A DNA stretch of 64,000 nucleotides from Nemertoderma westbladi (lineage: Eukaryota; Animalia; Xenacoelomorpha), in contig JAUCBJ010001398.1 of NCBI GenBank assembly GCA_032718475.1, forward strand, positions 62,001 to 126,000, written 5' to 3'. The notes below the pieces were generated by a model that saw only the letters and a program-made list of their open reading frames with translations, was not told where the DNA came from and made no database searches. Position 1 is the stretch's first letter; the number at the start of each line of letters is the position of its first letter. The position numbers and the translations under genes were made by a program. Positions 49,001 to 62,411 of this stretch are shown here, piece after piece.

Positions 49001-49352
49001 CTTTTTTGTTTAGGCTGTTTAGTCAGTTTAGGCCTACGTTACTGCAGTACTGCCTTATTCTGTTATTGCAAAAGTCTGGCTCTCTGGCAGTCTGTAAGCA
49101 GGTCTGCAGTAGGCCGACCGTAGTTAAATTACAGTAGATACAAGCTGAAATGCGGCGCTAACATATAGAAGCATGTACTTAAGAGTCCAGCAACATTTTC
49201 CCTTCTTAGAAATCGAATAAATACCATGGAACAGACGTGTGTGCCATGTTACCGAAAGGGTTAATTAATAAAGGTAACAAACACAAGCTCTGTAGTACAA
49301 AAAATGGAAAGTCCAGTAGGTGCACTAAAGTAAAAATTAAGTGCCACGCTAT

Positions 49353-50286
49353 CAAGGCGTACTATATACAAGGCCATGCCATCGAGTTAACGGGGGGGCG
49401 GGTGACTGGGGGCAAGATTTTATTTACAACAATTTGATATTTTGATATGGGGAGAGTTCTATAAATTTTCATTTGCTGCAATTTGGTCAATGGACGTAAT
49501 TGAAGCATCCTCGTTAGGTAAGATACAAAATTTTATGGTAGCTAGTGTTTTAGGTAGGTTTAGCTAGTAATTTCGACACTGGTTCCGACATCCTACTTCC
49601 CTCTATAAATATTTTGTAGTAGCTAGTTCTTGTTACTATTTATATAGAAAATGTTCCAGAAGATGTTACGATTTTTAAAAAAAATTATGTTCTAGAACAA
49701 ATATTTTTTGTTCTAGAACATTTTTTTAGAAAAAATCTGGATTTTATTTAAAACTCATGGAATCGTTCTAAAACGTGTTAAAAATCAATAAAAAAATTTT
49801 CAAAATTTATTTTTTTCACAATATTTATTTTTTTCACAATTTTAATTATTGATTTTAAACACGTTTTAGAACGATTACATGCGTTTTAAATAGAATCCAG
49901 ATTTTTTTCTAAAAAATGTTCTAGAACAAAAAATATTTGTTCTAGAACATAATTTTTTTAAAAATGAATAGCTAACATCTTCTGGAACATTTTATATACA
50001 AATAGTAACAAGAACTAGCTACTACAAAATATTTATAGAGGGAAGTGGGATGTCGGAACCAGTGTCGAAAATACTAGCTAAACCTACCTAAAACACTAGC
50101 TACCATAAAAGTTTGTATCTTACTTAACGAGGATGCTTCAATTACGTCCATTGATAAAATTGCAGCAAATTAAAATTTATAGAACTCTCCCCATATCAAA
50201 ATATCAAATTGTTGTAAAAAAAATCTTGCCCCCAGTCACCGCCCCCAGTTAACTCGATGGCATGGCCTTGTTTATAGTACGCCTTG
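49353..50286. mobile_element. 934-bp palindromic (foldback) non-autonomous DNA transposon, P- or hAT-like
   Basis: CAAGGCGTACTAT...ATAGTACGCCTTG termini; ~450-bp inverted arms; 8-bp TSD CACGCTAT at 49345-49352 and 50287-50294. Confidence 0.9.
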
Positions 50287-50794
50287 CACGCTATCAAGCT
50301 TTTAATAAGTAGTGCAGTGCGGAGGTCGGCAGACCGGGTAGTACCTAGGCCTACCTTCTCTGTCTTTGTCATTCAAATTATAAATGTTAGGGGAATCTCC
50401 CAACTTGTGCCTATTAACAAAAACCATAGTCCATAATTTATCATTCCACATGTACATTTTTACTTCCTACTTTTATTCTACAATTATTTCCTTTTAATTA
50501 TAAAAAATTTTTCCGCGCATTGGAAGCAAGTAATCTAAAAATATCTGATCAATAATATGAATTCTAGAGTAAAAGATTCTGAGCAACAAAAAATTGTTTG
50601 TAACGGAATAATTTGTCTCCTTTTATCGAACCTTAGCATAAAGTTTCATTAAAGGCCAAAAAGGCATTGCGCGTTGCGTCAAAGACGGTAGGGGCCTACT
50701 ACCTGCACGGAGCCAGTGCTGCAAGATTGAAGATAAAAAAATAAGCCAGACCGAGGAACACACAATGCCCCCTGTTACAATGAGGTTGCTGCCG

Positions 50795-52035
50795 CGGCAG
50801 AAACAGCTCCTGTGGTGCCCCTAGTAGAACCAGCCCAGTGAGGCCCGCGGTAGAACCAGCACAAATGGTGCCACCCGTAGAAACAGCTCAATTGGTGCCA
50901 CCGGTAGAAACAGCTCAATTGGTGCCCCCTGTAGAACCGGCACAAATGGTGCCCGCGATAGAACCAGCACAAATGGTGCCACCGGTAGAACCAGCAAATA
51001 TGGTGCCACCGGTAGAACCAGCACAAATGTGGTACTACCGGTAGAAACAGCTCAAATGGTGCCCGCGGTAGAACCAGCCAAAGTGGTGCCCCTGTAGAAC
51101 CGGTACAAATGGTGCCACCCGTAGAAACAGCTCAATTGGTGCCACCGGTAGAACCAGCACAAATGTGGTACTACCGGTAGAAACAGCTCAATTGGTGCCC
51201 GCGGTAGAACCAGCCCATAGGGTACCCCTGTAGAACCAGCACAAATGGTGGCACCGGTAGAACCAGCACAAATGTGGTACTACCGGTAGAAACAGCTCAA
51301 ATGGTGCCCGCGGTAGAACCAGCCAAAGTGGTGCCCCTGCAGAACCGGTACAAATGGTGCCACCGGTAGAAACAGCTTTTGTGGTCCCCGCGGTATAACC
51401 AGCACAAATTATGCCTGCGGTAGAACCAGCCTAAGTGGTGCCTGCGGTAGAACCAGCCTAAGTGGTGTCACAGTGTAGAAACAGCTCATGTGGTGCCCGC
51501 GGTAGAACCAGCCCATATGGTACCCCTGTAGATCCAGCACAAATGGTGCCACCGGTAGAACCAGCACAAATGTGCTACTACCGGTAGAAACAGCTCAATT
51601 GGTGCCCGCGGTAGAACCAACACAAATGGTGCCACCGGTAGAACCAGCACAAATGGTGCCCGCGGTAGAACCAGCTCCTGTGGTGTCCGCGGTAGAACCA
51701 GCCCGATGAGGCCCGCGGTAGAACCAGCACAAATGGTGCCACCGGTAGAACCAGCTCAAATGGTGCCCGCGGTAGAACCAGCCAAAGTGGTGCCCCTGTA
51801 GAACCGGTACAAATGGTGCCACCCGTAGAAACAGCTCAATTGGTGCCACCGGTAGAACCAGCACAAATGTGGTACTACCGGTAGAAACAGCTCAATTGGT
51901 GCCCGCGGTAGAACAAGCCCAAGTGGTGCCCCTGTAAAACCAGCACAAATGGTGCCACTGGTAGAACCAGCACAAAGTTTGGTACTACCGGTAGAAACAG
52001 CTCATGTGGTGACCGCGGCAGAAACAGCTCCTGTT
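50795..52035. repeat. Degenerate ~27-28-bp minisatellite (GGTAGAACCAGCACAAATGGTGCCACC)
   Basis: GTAGAA(C/A)CAGC recurs every 26-28 bp, with larger duplicated blocks. Confidence 0.9.
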
Positions 52036-54156
52036 GGCGAGAGTACACGCCATTGTAATATTCTTATCGAAAGGCATTAGATTAGCTTAGTTATCTTTAG
52101 GTACGCACCAAGAAAATTTTGATATTTTATAATATATTATGGTCAGTCATATTGTCGTAAGAAATCTAAAATCTACTGTATAATATACCTAAAATGTGTG
52201 CAACGATACCTACAAATAACATTAGGAAAGTATTATTTAAACAACCCACCAAAAATATATTTAAAAAGGTGCCATTTGCAACATTTCTATTGGACGCCAG
52301 TCTTGCATTAGGCCAGGCGGGCATATGATTCATTCTGTGTATAAGTCACAATACTTGTACAGTTGTACTCTTAAACTCTAAAATTCTGAATTCTGTACTG
52401 TGCTGCTGTACTTCTGTACTTGTGTACTGCTGTACTGGAATATGTACCGGTCCGGTGCTGCCTGACTGATTATACAATTTAATTAATTTTACATATTAAT
52501 ATTCTGCAATGTGCTGATCAACAATACAGACTTTTAAAACCTAGTCCGCGGTCAGTGCTGTGCAGAGCCTACCGTCAGACCGTGCTGTCGTACCTTGCAA
52601 CCTTGAAGGCGGTGAATCCCTGTGATATGGAGTAGGGATCATCTAGGCCCGACGCAGGCCTATGGAATGTGAAAGGGGGAAAGTCTGAGATGCGTTAGCT
52701 AACAAAAATCAGGGAAGTTGAACTATTGTACCAGGCCAGCCACTGCAGTAAGCGTTGTATTTGTTTTAAAATAGGGGAGATTAACCGCATTACAGTAATT
52801 TAGTTGCTTGGCGTTTATTTTGGGGCCCAAAAAAGGGGCACAGTTGACTTTGTTACCCTTTGCATTTACTACCAGGTGTCAAGTTATGAGGTCAATTGTG
52901 ACTGATAACAGGGCAGCAGGGGTAAGTGGTGAAGTGTAGGCGCCTAGCTAAAAATTGTGCGGTGTGATTAGGCTAAGCCAAATAAGGGAGGTTCGGGAGG
53001 TGCGTCCTGATTGTTACTACAGGATTAGCGCCCTAGTTTGTGAGCTTCTTTGTGAGGGTTCATTGGGTTTTATTTTGCTTTATTCATTCATGCCCTGATG
53101 GTTTGTTGTGGGATTAGCTTGGCGTTGAGAAATTAATATATATACCAAGTTTCGGCTTACTATCGTTACCTACGGTCTTGGGAGGTGAACGAAAATAAGT
53201 TTTTATCATCACGGTACCGTATTTTATTTTCTCATCTCATTTTAACCCATTTCACAATTCCTACAGGTACATTTGTATAGCGAAGCCAAGGTTTACCCTT
53301 TTTCCCTTACCTGCTGCTTGATGAACAACGATACTTGCGTCTAACAAAAGCCAAAGGGTGATAAACATTATTTTGATCTATCTATGCCAAAACCCCCTTA
53401 CTAGAAACATACATTTTTACATTGCAAAACTATAAAACGGTTTCATTCTAGAATATTTTGGATAAAATTATGTAATATTGTTTTGGACCTCGCCACTATT
53501 TGAATTACACTGCAGATCGGATCGAGTCGGGATTCCAACTGGATTACTGGGTTGTTGTAAAATAAATTATTTAAGCGAGTGGGTATCTCGCATTATTGCC
53601 AGAAAGTTGTAGAAAATTATCATTTAAAATATTTAGATTTCCCTTTGTAGCGGGTGTTTTTCTGCAATCATTACCGGTATGGATTTTAGCAGGGTTATAT
53701 GTGCTATTTGAGCACAAATAACTGTAGCTGCATTTGGATGGATTTTCAACAGTATTGGATTAGCTGCTGTTGGATTTATCAGTAGTAAATGCAAAAATTA
53801 TTTAATAATTTATTTCAGAAAATTTTGAAATAAAAGTTTTAGAAAGTTAAAAAATTGGATAAAGTTTGACTGATAAAATTCTAGAACAAAGTGATCTTTG
53901 GAATCGTGAGTTCGATTTTCTGTTTTGTATTCAGGTTGTGGCGAATTTGAATTTAATTTTGCCTTTCAATTTTGGACAAAATTTGTAATTTACAGTAGGG
54001 TAAATCTGCCAGGCCACCGCTGATTTCTCTATACAACTTACAGGTACGGGTAAAGTCACTGCAAATGAGTTCGGGAGCCCGGAGACGCCAAATCCGTCGG
54101 TGCATTCGTGGTCCGCGCAACCCACGATTACTTTGGCATTCGAAGAAACGCGACTT

Positions 54157-57100
54157 TAAAAGCGTGTCCAGGGATACTAAAAGCGTGTCCAGTGATACTA
54201 AAAGCGTGTCCAGTGATGATACTAAAAGCGTGTCCAGTGATACTAAAAGCGTGTCCAGTGATACTAGCACTAGTCCAGTGATACTAAAAGCGTGTCCAGT
54301 GATGATACTAAAAGCGTGTCCAGTGATACTAAAAGCGTGTCCAGTGATACTAAAAGCGTGTCCAGTGATGATACTAAAAGCGTGTCCAGTGATACTAAAA
54401 GCGTGTCCAGTGATACTAAAAGCGTGTCCAGTGATGATACTAAAAGCGTGTCCAGTGATACTAAAAGCGTGTCCAGTGATACTAGCACTAGTCCAGTGAT
54501 ACTAAAAGCGTGTCCAGTGATGATACTAAAAGCGTGTCCAGTGATACTAAAAGCGTGTCCAGTGATACTAAAAGCGTGTCCAGTGATGATACTAAAAGCG
54601 TGTCCAGTGATACTAAAAGCGTGTCCAGTGATACTAAAAGCGTGTCCAGTGATGATACTAAAAGCGTGTCCAGTGATGATACTAAAAGCGTGTCCAGTGA
54701 TACTAAAAGCGTGTCCAGTGATACTAAAAGCGTGTCCAGTGATACTAAAAGCGTGTCCAGTGATACTAAAAGCGTGTCCAGTGATACTAAAAGCGTGTCC
54801 AGTGATGATACTAAAAGCGTGTCCAGTGATACTAAAAGCGTGTCCAGTGATACTAAAAGCGTGTCCAGTGATACTAGCACTAGTCCAGTGATACTAAAAG
54901 CGTGTCCAGTGATGATACTAAAAGCGTGTCCAGTGATACTAAAAGCGTGTCCAGTGATACTAAAAGCGTGTCCAGTGATGATACTAAAAGCGTGTCCAGT
55001 GATACTAAAAGCGTGTCCAGTGATACTAAAAGCGTGTCCAGTGATACTAAAAGCGTGTCCAGTGATGATACTAAAAGCGTGTCCAGTGATACTAAAAGCG
55101 TGTCCAGTGATACTAAAAGCGTGTCCAGTGATACTAAAAGCGTGTCCAGTGATACTAAAAGCGTGTCCAGTGATACTAAAAGCGTGTCCAGTGATACTAA
55201 AAGCGTGTCCAGTGATACTAAAAGCGTGTCCAGTGATACTAAAAGCGTGTTCAGTGATACTAAAAGCGTGTCCAGTGATACTAAAAGCGTGTCCAGTGAT
55301 ACTAAAAGCGTGTCCAGTGATGATACTAAAAGCGTGTCCAGTGATACTAAAAGCGTGTCCAGTGATACTAAAAGCGTGTCCAGTGATACTAAAAGCGTGT
55401 CCAGTGATACTAAAAGCGTGTCCAGTGATACTAGCACTAGTCCAGTGAGACTAAAAGCGTGTCCAGTGATACTAAAAGCGTGTCCAGTGATACTAAAAGC
55501 GTGTCCAGTGATACTAGCACTAGTCCAGTGATACTAAAAGCGTGTCCAGTGATGATACTAAAAGCGTGTCCAGTGATACTAAAAGCGTGTCCAGTGATAC
55601 TAAAAGCGTGTCCAGTGATACTAAAAGCGTGTCCAGTGATACTAAAAGCGTGTCCAGTGATACTAAAAGCGTGTCTAGTGATACTAAAAGCGTGTCCAGT
55701 GATACTAGCACTAGTCCAGTGAGACTAAAAGCGTGTCCAGTGATACTAAAAGCGTGTCCAGTGATACTAGCACTAGTCCAGTGATACTAAAAGCGTGTCC
55801 AGTGATGATACTAAAAGCGTGTCCAGTGATACTAAAAGCGTGTCCAGTGATACTAGCACTAGTCCAGTGATACTAAAAGCGTGTCCAGTGATGATACTAA
55901 AAGCGTGTCCAGTGATACTAAAAGCGTGTCCAGTGATACTAAAAGCGTGTCCAGTGATACTAAAAGCGTGTCCAGTGATACTAAAAGCGTGTCCAGTGAT
56001 ACTAAAAGCGTGTCCAGTGATACTAAAAGCGTGTCCAGTGATGATACTAAAAGCGTGTCCAGTGATACTAAAAGCGTGTCCAGTGATACTAAAAGCGTGT
56101 CCAGTGATACTAAAAGCGTGTCCAGTGATACTAAAAGTGTGTCCAGTGATACTAAAAGCGTGTCCAGTGATGATACTAAAAGCGTGTCCAGTGATACTAA
56201 AAGCGTGTCCAGTGATACTAAAAGCGTGTCCAGTGATACTAAAAGCGTGTCCAGGGATACTAAAAGCGTGTCCAGTGATACTAAAAGCGTGTCCAGTTAT
56301 GATACTAAAAGCGTGTCCAGTGATACTAAAAGCGTGTCCAGTGATACTAGCACTAGTCCAGTGATACTAAAAGCGTGTCCAGTGATGATACTAAAAGCGT
56401 GTCCAGTGATACTAAAAGCGTGTCCAGTGATACTAAAAGCGTGTCCAGTGATGATACTAAAAGCGTGTCCAGTGATACTAAAAGCGTGTCCAGTGATACT
56501 AAAAGCGTGTCCAGTGATGATACTAAAAGCGTGTCCAGTGATACTAAAAGCGTGTCCAGTGATACTAGCACTAGTCCAGTGATACTAAAAGCGTGTCCAG
56601 TGATGATACTAAAAGCGTGTCCAGTGATACTAAAAGCGTGTCCAGTGATACTAAAAGCGTGTCCAGTGATGATACTAAAAGCGTGTCCAGTGATACTAAA
56701 AGCGTGTCCAGTGATACTAAAAGCGTGTCCAGTGATGATACTAAAAGCGTGTCCAGTGATGATACTAAAAGCGTGTCCAGTGATACTAAAAGCGTGTCCA
56801 GTGATACTAAAAGCGTGTCCAGTGATACTAAAAGCGTGTCCAGTGATACTAAAAGTGTGTCCAGTGATACTAAAAGCGTGTCCAGTGATGATACTAAAAG
56901 CGTGTCCAGTGATACTAAAAGCGTGTCCAGTGATACTAAAAGCGTGTCCAGTGATACTAGCACTAGTCCAGTGATACTAAAAGCGTGTCCAGTGATGATA
57001 CTAAAAGCGTGTCCAGTGATACTAAAAGCGTGTCCAGTGATACTAAAAGCGTGTCCAGTGATGATACTAAAAGCGTGTCCAGTGATACTAAAAGCGTGTC

Positions 57101-57903
57101 CAGTGATACTAAAAGCGTGTCCAGTGATACTAAAAGCGTGTCCAGTGATGATACTAAAAGCGTGTCCAGTGATACTAAAAGCGTGTCCAGTGATACTAAA
57201 AGCGTGTCCAGTGATACTAAAAGCGTGTCCAGTGATACTAAAAGTGTGTCCAGTGATACTAAAAGCGTGTCCAGTGATGATACTAAAAGCGTGTCCAGTG
57301 ATACTAAAAGCGTGTCCAGTGATACTAAAAGCGTGTTCAGTGATACTAAAAGCGTGTCCAGTGATACTAAAAGCGTGTCCAGTGATACTAAAAGCGTGTC
57401 CAGTGATGATACTAAAAGCGTGTCCAGTGATACTAAAAGCGTGTCCAGTGATACTAGCACTAGTCCAGTGATACTAAAAGCGTGTCCAGTGATGATACTA
57501 AAAGCGTGTCCAGTGATACTAAAAGCGTGTCCAGTGATACTAAAAGCGTGTCCAGTGATGATACTAAAAGCGTGTCCAGTGATACTAAAAGCGTGTCCAG
57601 TGATACTAAAAGCGTGTCCAGTGATGATACTAAAAGCGTGTCCAGTGATACTAAAAGCGTGTCCAGTGATACTAGCACTAGTCCAGTGATACTAAAAGCG
57701 TGTCCAGTGATGATACTAAAAGCGTGTCCAGTGATACTAAAAGCGTGTCCAGTGATACTAAAAGCGTGTCCAGTGATGATACTAAAAGCGTGTCCAGTGA
57801 TACTAAAAGCGTGTCCAGTGATACTAAAAGCGTGTCCAGTGATGATACTAAAAGCGTGTCCAGTGATACTAAAAGCGTGTCCAGTGATATTGCACTAGTC
57901 CAG
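54157..57903. repeat. 21-bp minisatellite (GATACTAAAAGCGTGTCCAGT) with 24-bp and 20-bp variants and higher-order structure
   Basis: Near-perfect array; the variant GATACTAGCACTAGTCCAGT punctuates blocks. Confidence 0.98.
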
Positions 57904-60728
57904 TATATGTCCAGCACTAGTCGCACTGCAGTTATTCTTCAACCTTATATTGATTGTATATTTTATACTTATCCTAAATTATTAGAACGATTGTTAAGGT
58001 TGTTATCCGGCTAATTACAGTAGTTACGTAATAATTATTGAAATTCAAGAACACTATAATTTATTTAACATTGAGTAAAGCAGTATCAGGAGTTGAAAAG
58101 TACAAGCATTTGAATTGCAGTAACTATGGAAGCAATATAGTAAAATACTACAGTTCAATATATTTTGTAACACTATCAGAATTGAGCAACAAAAAGTACC
58201 AATTTATGAATAAAATTACGTATTACATAGTAAAAAAAAAGTAGAAACTTTTTCCACTATTCTCGAGGTATTTTATTTATCGAGAGCAAGCGAGGTATGC
58301 TAATTCAATAATTATTTTTTATTAATTAATATAAATTAATACTAATACATGCACAGTTGTACTGTTTCAATTTAAGTCTGTGTAAATTCAAATTCCCGTC
58401 AGTGCAAATTGACTTATACCCCCCAAATTGTTTTGGTCTAGCGCCTGCAAATGATTGACATTTTTAATAAATTAGGGGGGTGGGCTCCGACTTGCTAAAA
58501 TGGTAAAATGGTTGTTGTATTATGGGAGATGGTGTATGTTCTATAGCTATATAAAATTTATAATACAATTTCAGTTAATACAATACTCATTCACCTAAAA
58601 CACAAATCACATACGATTCTCGACCCAATACACAAACAATAACTATATTGAGAAATGATAAAAGACATTGAGGGATAAACTACTTTCAGCAGAAAAACTC
58701 CACAGATATTTAGGGCACCAGGTGTGGCACAAAGTCACATCTAATTGGCTTACATGATACAGGCATAAATCCTTCAGAAAATAAATTATCTAAGAATTTT
58801 AAGTGAAAGGCAATTTCATAATGAATATCCGGGTTGAATGCGGTCGCAGGTGATATCAAACTGAGGAATTAAAACCAACTAAAATAATAAAAGGTTGAGC
58901 GAATCAATTGGGCCACAAATCTTGGTAGGTCCAAATATCAGTTACTTGTAAGGATGTCTTTTATGAATGCGCCAAAAGATCACTAAAAGTGTCATCATAA
59001 ATCTAATGTGACTAGCGTAGATACATTTGTAAAGGACGGAAGGGAAATATATTACAGAACAGATATTCACGATTTCATCCGTAACTGGCGATACATGTGA
59101 AGGAACCAAGGAAACTTGAAAACAATGCGGCTAGATTTACCGTGGAAGATTTCCCATTGTGGCGAACAGGCCCGAAATAAGCTTAACGAGATATCTTCTA
59201 GTTCTTGAATTATCTTTGTTTTTCAGTTTGATGGTCTGTCACTCAAATTGTAAGACAGACAGACAACTGAAAGACAGACAGACATACATACTAGATTCCA
59301 CCAAACCATAAAACTGACATCGGAAAAGAAATTAGCGACCCCGAAAACCCCCTCAATGAAAATTTTAGCGACAATTTTATTCAATAATTTCGGGAATTTT
59401 CTTATAGAAAAGCAACGCGTGGCTAATTTTAAATAAAAGATGGTACCCGGTATTATTTTTTTGTGCTATTTCTATTTTCGCTGTGTTCGATTGTGTTCAC
59501 CAGTTTTTGGAGTGTGTTCGGTTGTGTTCTACTGTGATCGCTTGTGTTCTGTAAAAAGATCTATTCAGTTTTGGCGGGACGGCTTAAACTTTAAAGGCCT
59601 TTATACAGTATTAGAATGACATTTTTCATTTTTCAAATTACTACTTCTCCGCCATTTTTCAACCAATTTTCTTAATTTTTGGCTCATTCGAAAGGTTTTC
59701 GGCAGTTATTTAGATATTATCGGCTGGAATTTTTATATTTATATATTTACAGCCAATTTTTAAGATTACAACCAAAAATTAACTCAAATTTTGTCAAATA
59801 TTCCTAAATATAATTTAATATTAATTAATTTTCATAAATAAAAGTAAACTAAAAATTTTAACAGATAATTGTGTGCAATTTGATAAAAAAAATGTTTAAT
59901 TATGAAATTTGAAAAATTTTCGAAAAACATTAATTTTTAAGCCATTTTTAACAGCCAATACTGTTTAAAATCAAAATATTTTGATTTCAGTTGAAATTGT
60001 AGACATTTAAAAAAAGTTTTCAGGTTAGAGCGCCAGACACCCAACCAGCAGGTCATCATTTCGATTCCACCTGAGCATTAATGCAGACCTTGCTCAGCTG
60101 TGCCCAAAGGAATCCATGATAACATGAATCCACTCGTTAACCAATAATATATCAAATATAAAAACTAATGGTGGGGTGGACGGACAATATCCAGAAATAA
60201 TTAAAATACAAAAAATATCAAAGAAGATTTCTTACATACACAATAGGTATTATCTAACTCCGAGAGAGGAATTAACCATCAATATATCATGATAAACTAC
60301 CAATGAAAAGGATAGAAAGATAAATGAAACTTTACTTAAAATAATAAATTAACCAATCACATAAAGCTTCCTGTTAACCTAATTATGTTTTCATATAACT
60401 CAACTTCAAGAGGCAAAGTAGCTAGCAGCAGCAATAATATTATCTAAAATTAAACTTAAAATCACTCAGAATAGAAAACTGCTGGGAATTAGGTTAAATT
60501 TTACTTTGATGAAGGATAATAATTGGGTTAAGGGGGGGGGGGGGGGGGGGGACAGACAGACAACTGACCGACGGACAGACTAGATTCCGCCAATTATTAA
60601 AACTGACATCGTAAATGAAATCAGCTACCCCGAAAACCCCTATAAATATAATCTTAGCTCGGTGGTTTTTTTGCAATTTTTGACTTAATTGAAAGGTAAT
60701 TTCATTAAAAAATACATCCACCCTCACA

Positions 60729-60759
<31 letters not shown>

Positions 60760-61624
60760 CCCCCTTCTTAATCAAAGGTGTATGAAAAATTACAGTAGAA
60801 GCAGCAAGAATTCGTAAAATATAACTAAAATAATTAATTAAGACACACTTAATTAAACAAACAACTTTGTGTTAAATGAATCGGTATTTATAACAGTAGA
60901 ATTGGATATAAACTAACTTTGTATCAGCTCCAGGATGCACGATGCAGTTCTGCGACGCCAACTCAATTTCACTGTGGCTCCAAACCGAGCACAGAGAATC
61001 AAAGGAATATAGACAGTTCAATTTATCTCGCAAACTGAAACAACTTCTTTAGCAATCTGTAAGTAATAAAGATTAGACGGTTAATCTAACAAGAATTACA
61101 GTATATACTAATAGAATTAGAATTACAAATATTAATTAATTACTAATATTAATTCCTTATTAGAATTATACACCATGACCCAGTGTCATTTTCTGATGAC
61201 TCTTTTCGATTTTGCCTTTAAATTTTTTTATAATCGTTATAAAAAAGTGTCTTTTGCGAAATCGCACCATCCGTTGCCATTCTCCACATTAGTCGTAAAC
61301 TTTTCATATCAATAGAAAGTTTGCGTTGAAAGGATTCCAAATATGTAGCAATATCTGAATATTATTGAGAAACAGCTGAGAAATAGGCATTCAAAGATTA
61401 CAAGAATTATTTTTCGCTGCAGGCCATTTATTCTATTTAATAAATACAGAATATTCTGGAACAATTTATTTATATATGATTAGCTACGCAATATTGATAT
61501 TGTATAGGCATATCCCTGTTGCCAACCAACTCATAAAATAAATAGGAATATTTAAATTTAAATCTTATATTAACATTAATAGAGCGTTTAAAACTATAGT
61601 TCACCAAACTAGTTCACACATAAT

Positions 61625-61845
61625 CTTGTACTTTGGCAGCCTCATGGAGTGAATAAGAATAAGCATGGTGGACAGCCCATGACTTTCTTGAGACGCATCT
61701 TAAAGGACACTGGCCTTGAAGATGCGGATGATCTAGCAAATGTCATGGGTGATAGGGAGTTGTGGATGCGTAATTTTGTTGACAAGCCGGCACAGCATTC
61801 TTAAAAATGCAGCTGCAATGCAGCATGCCGATCCTAGTAGTAGTC
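61625..61845 (+). mobile_element. RTE-like LINE 3' fragment
   Basis: LVLWQPHGVNKNKHGGQPMTFL..ILKDTGL..DLANVMGDRELW followed by CCTAGTAGTAG, the same type of end as 292-680. Confidence 0.6.
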
Positions 61846-62134
61846 ACCAAACTCAACCGATAAATGACAATAAGTAAACCGGGTTATACAATATTAATTA
61901 ATAGTCTTTCCCATCCCCCCGAAGAACGACAACAATAGCAACCCCCCCCCCCCCCCCCCCCCCTAGTACATGTCCTGGTCTATCCCCCGGATCCCCATCC
62001 CCAAACCCGAGACCCCGCCAAGGCCTCCTCCCACCCCTCAGGCACAGAGAGGTCGCCCGAAGGGGACCGAACTGCAGCCGTCGCCTCACCGCACCAAGCA
62101 CCACCCCCAACCCACGCTGCCTCATCCCGACCTG

Positions 62135-62411
62135 CTAAGACTGCAGAGTCTCAGCAAGGTTCCGGATGAAGACCGCCCCCTTCACCCCACACTCCGTCAG
62201 TGGAACACACGAGCGGTGTGAAGTGCATCCTGCGTGTTTCGCAGGCCTCCTGGTAGTGGACACGTTTGACCCGCTCCCTCTGGACGAGTAAGGTCTCAGC
62301 GGAGCTGTTGGAGCGAACGTAGGAAGTGGCGTCAAGATTTATAATCGAGACGTCGAAAGACGCCACAACCTGGTTCGTCCAAACACCCCGTGAGACCAGA
62401 TCAGCCATCAT
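62135..62411 (-). mobile_element. Restriction-like endonuclease fragment of a CRE/R2-type non-LTR element
   Basis: ADLVSRGVW...FDVSII..A.SY...KRVHYQEAC...FTPLVCSTDGVWG pattern; frameshifted. Confidence 0.6.

Noticed and set aside
54065-58014. SSDTKSV / ILKACPV / LVSLDTL repeat proteins
   Set aside because: Open in several frames because the unit is 21 bp; 20-bp variants shift the frame; no unique domain or splice context.
58470-59210. Possible decayed retroelement or gene
   Set aside because: No continuous frame or recognisable motif by eye.
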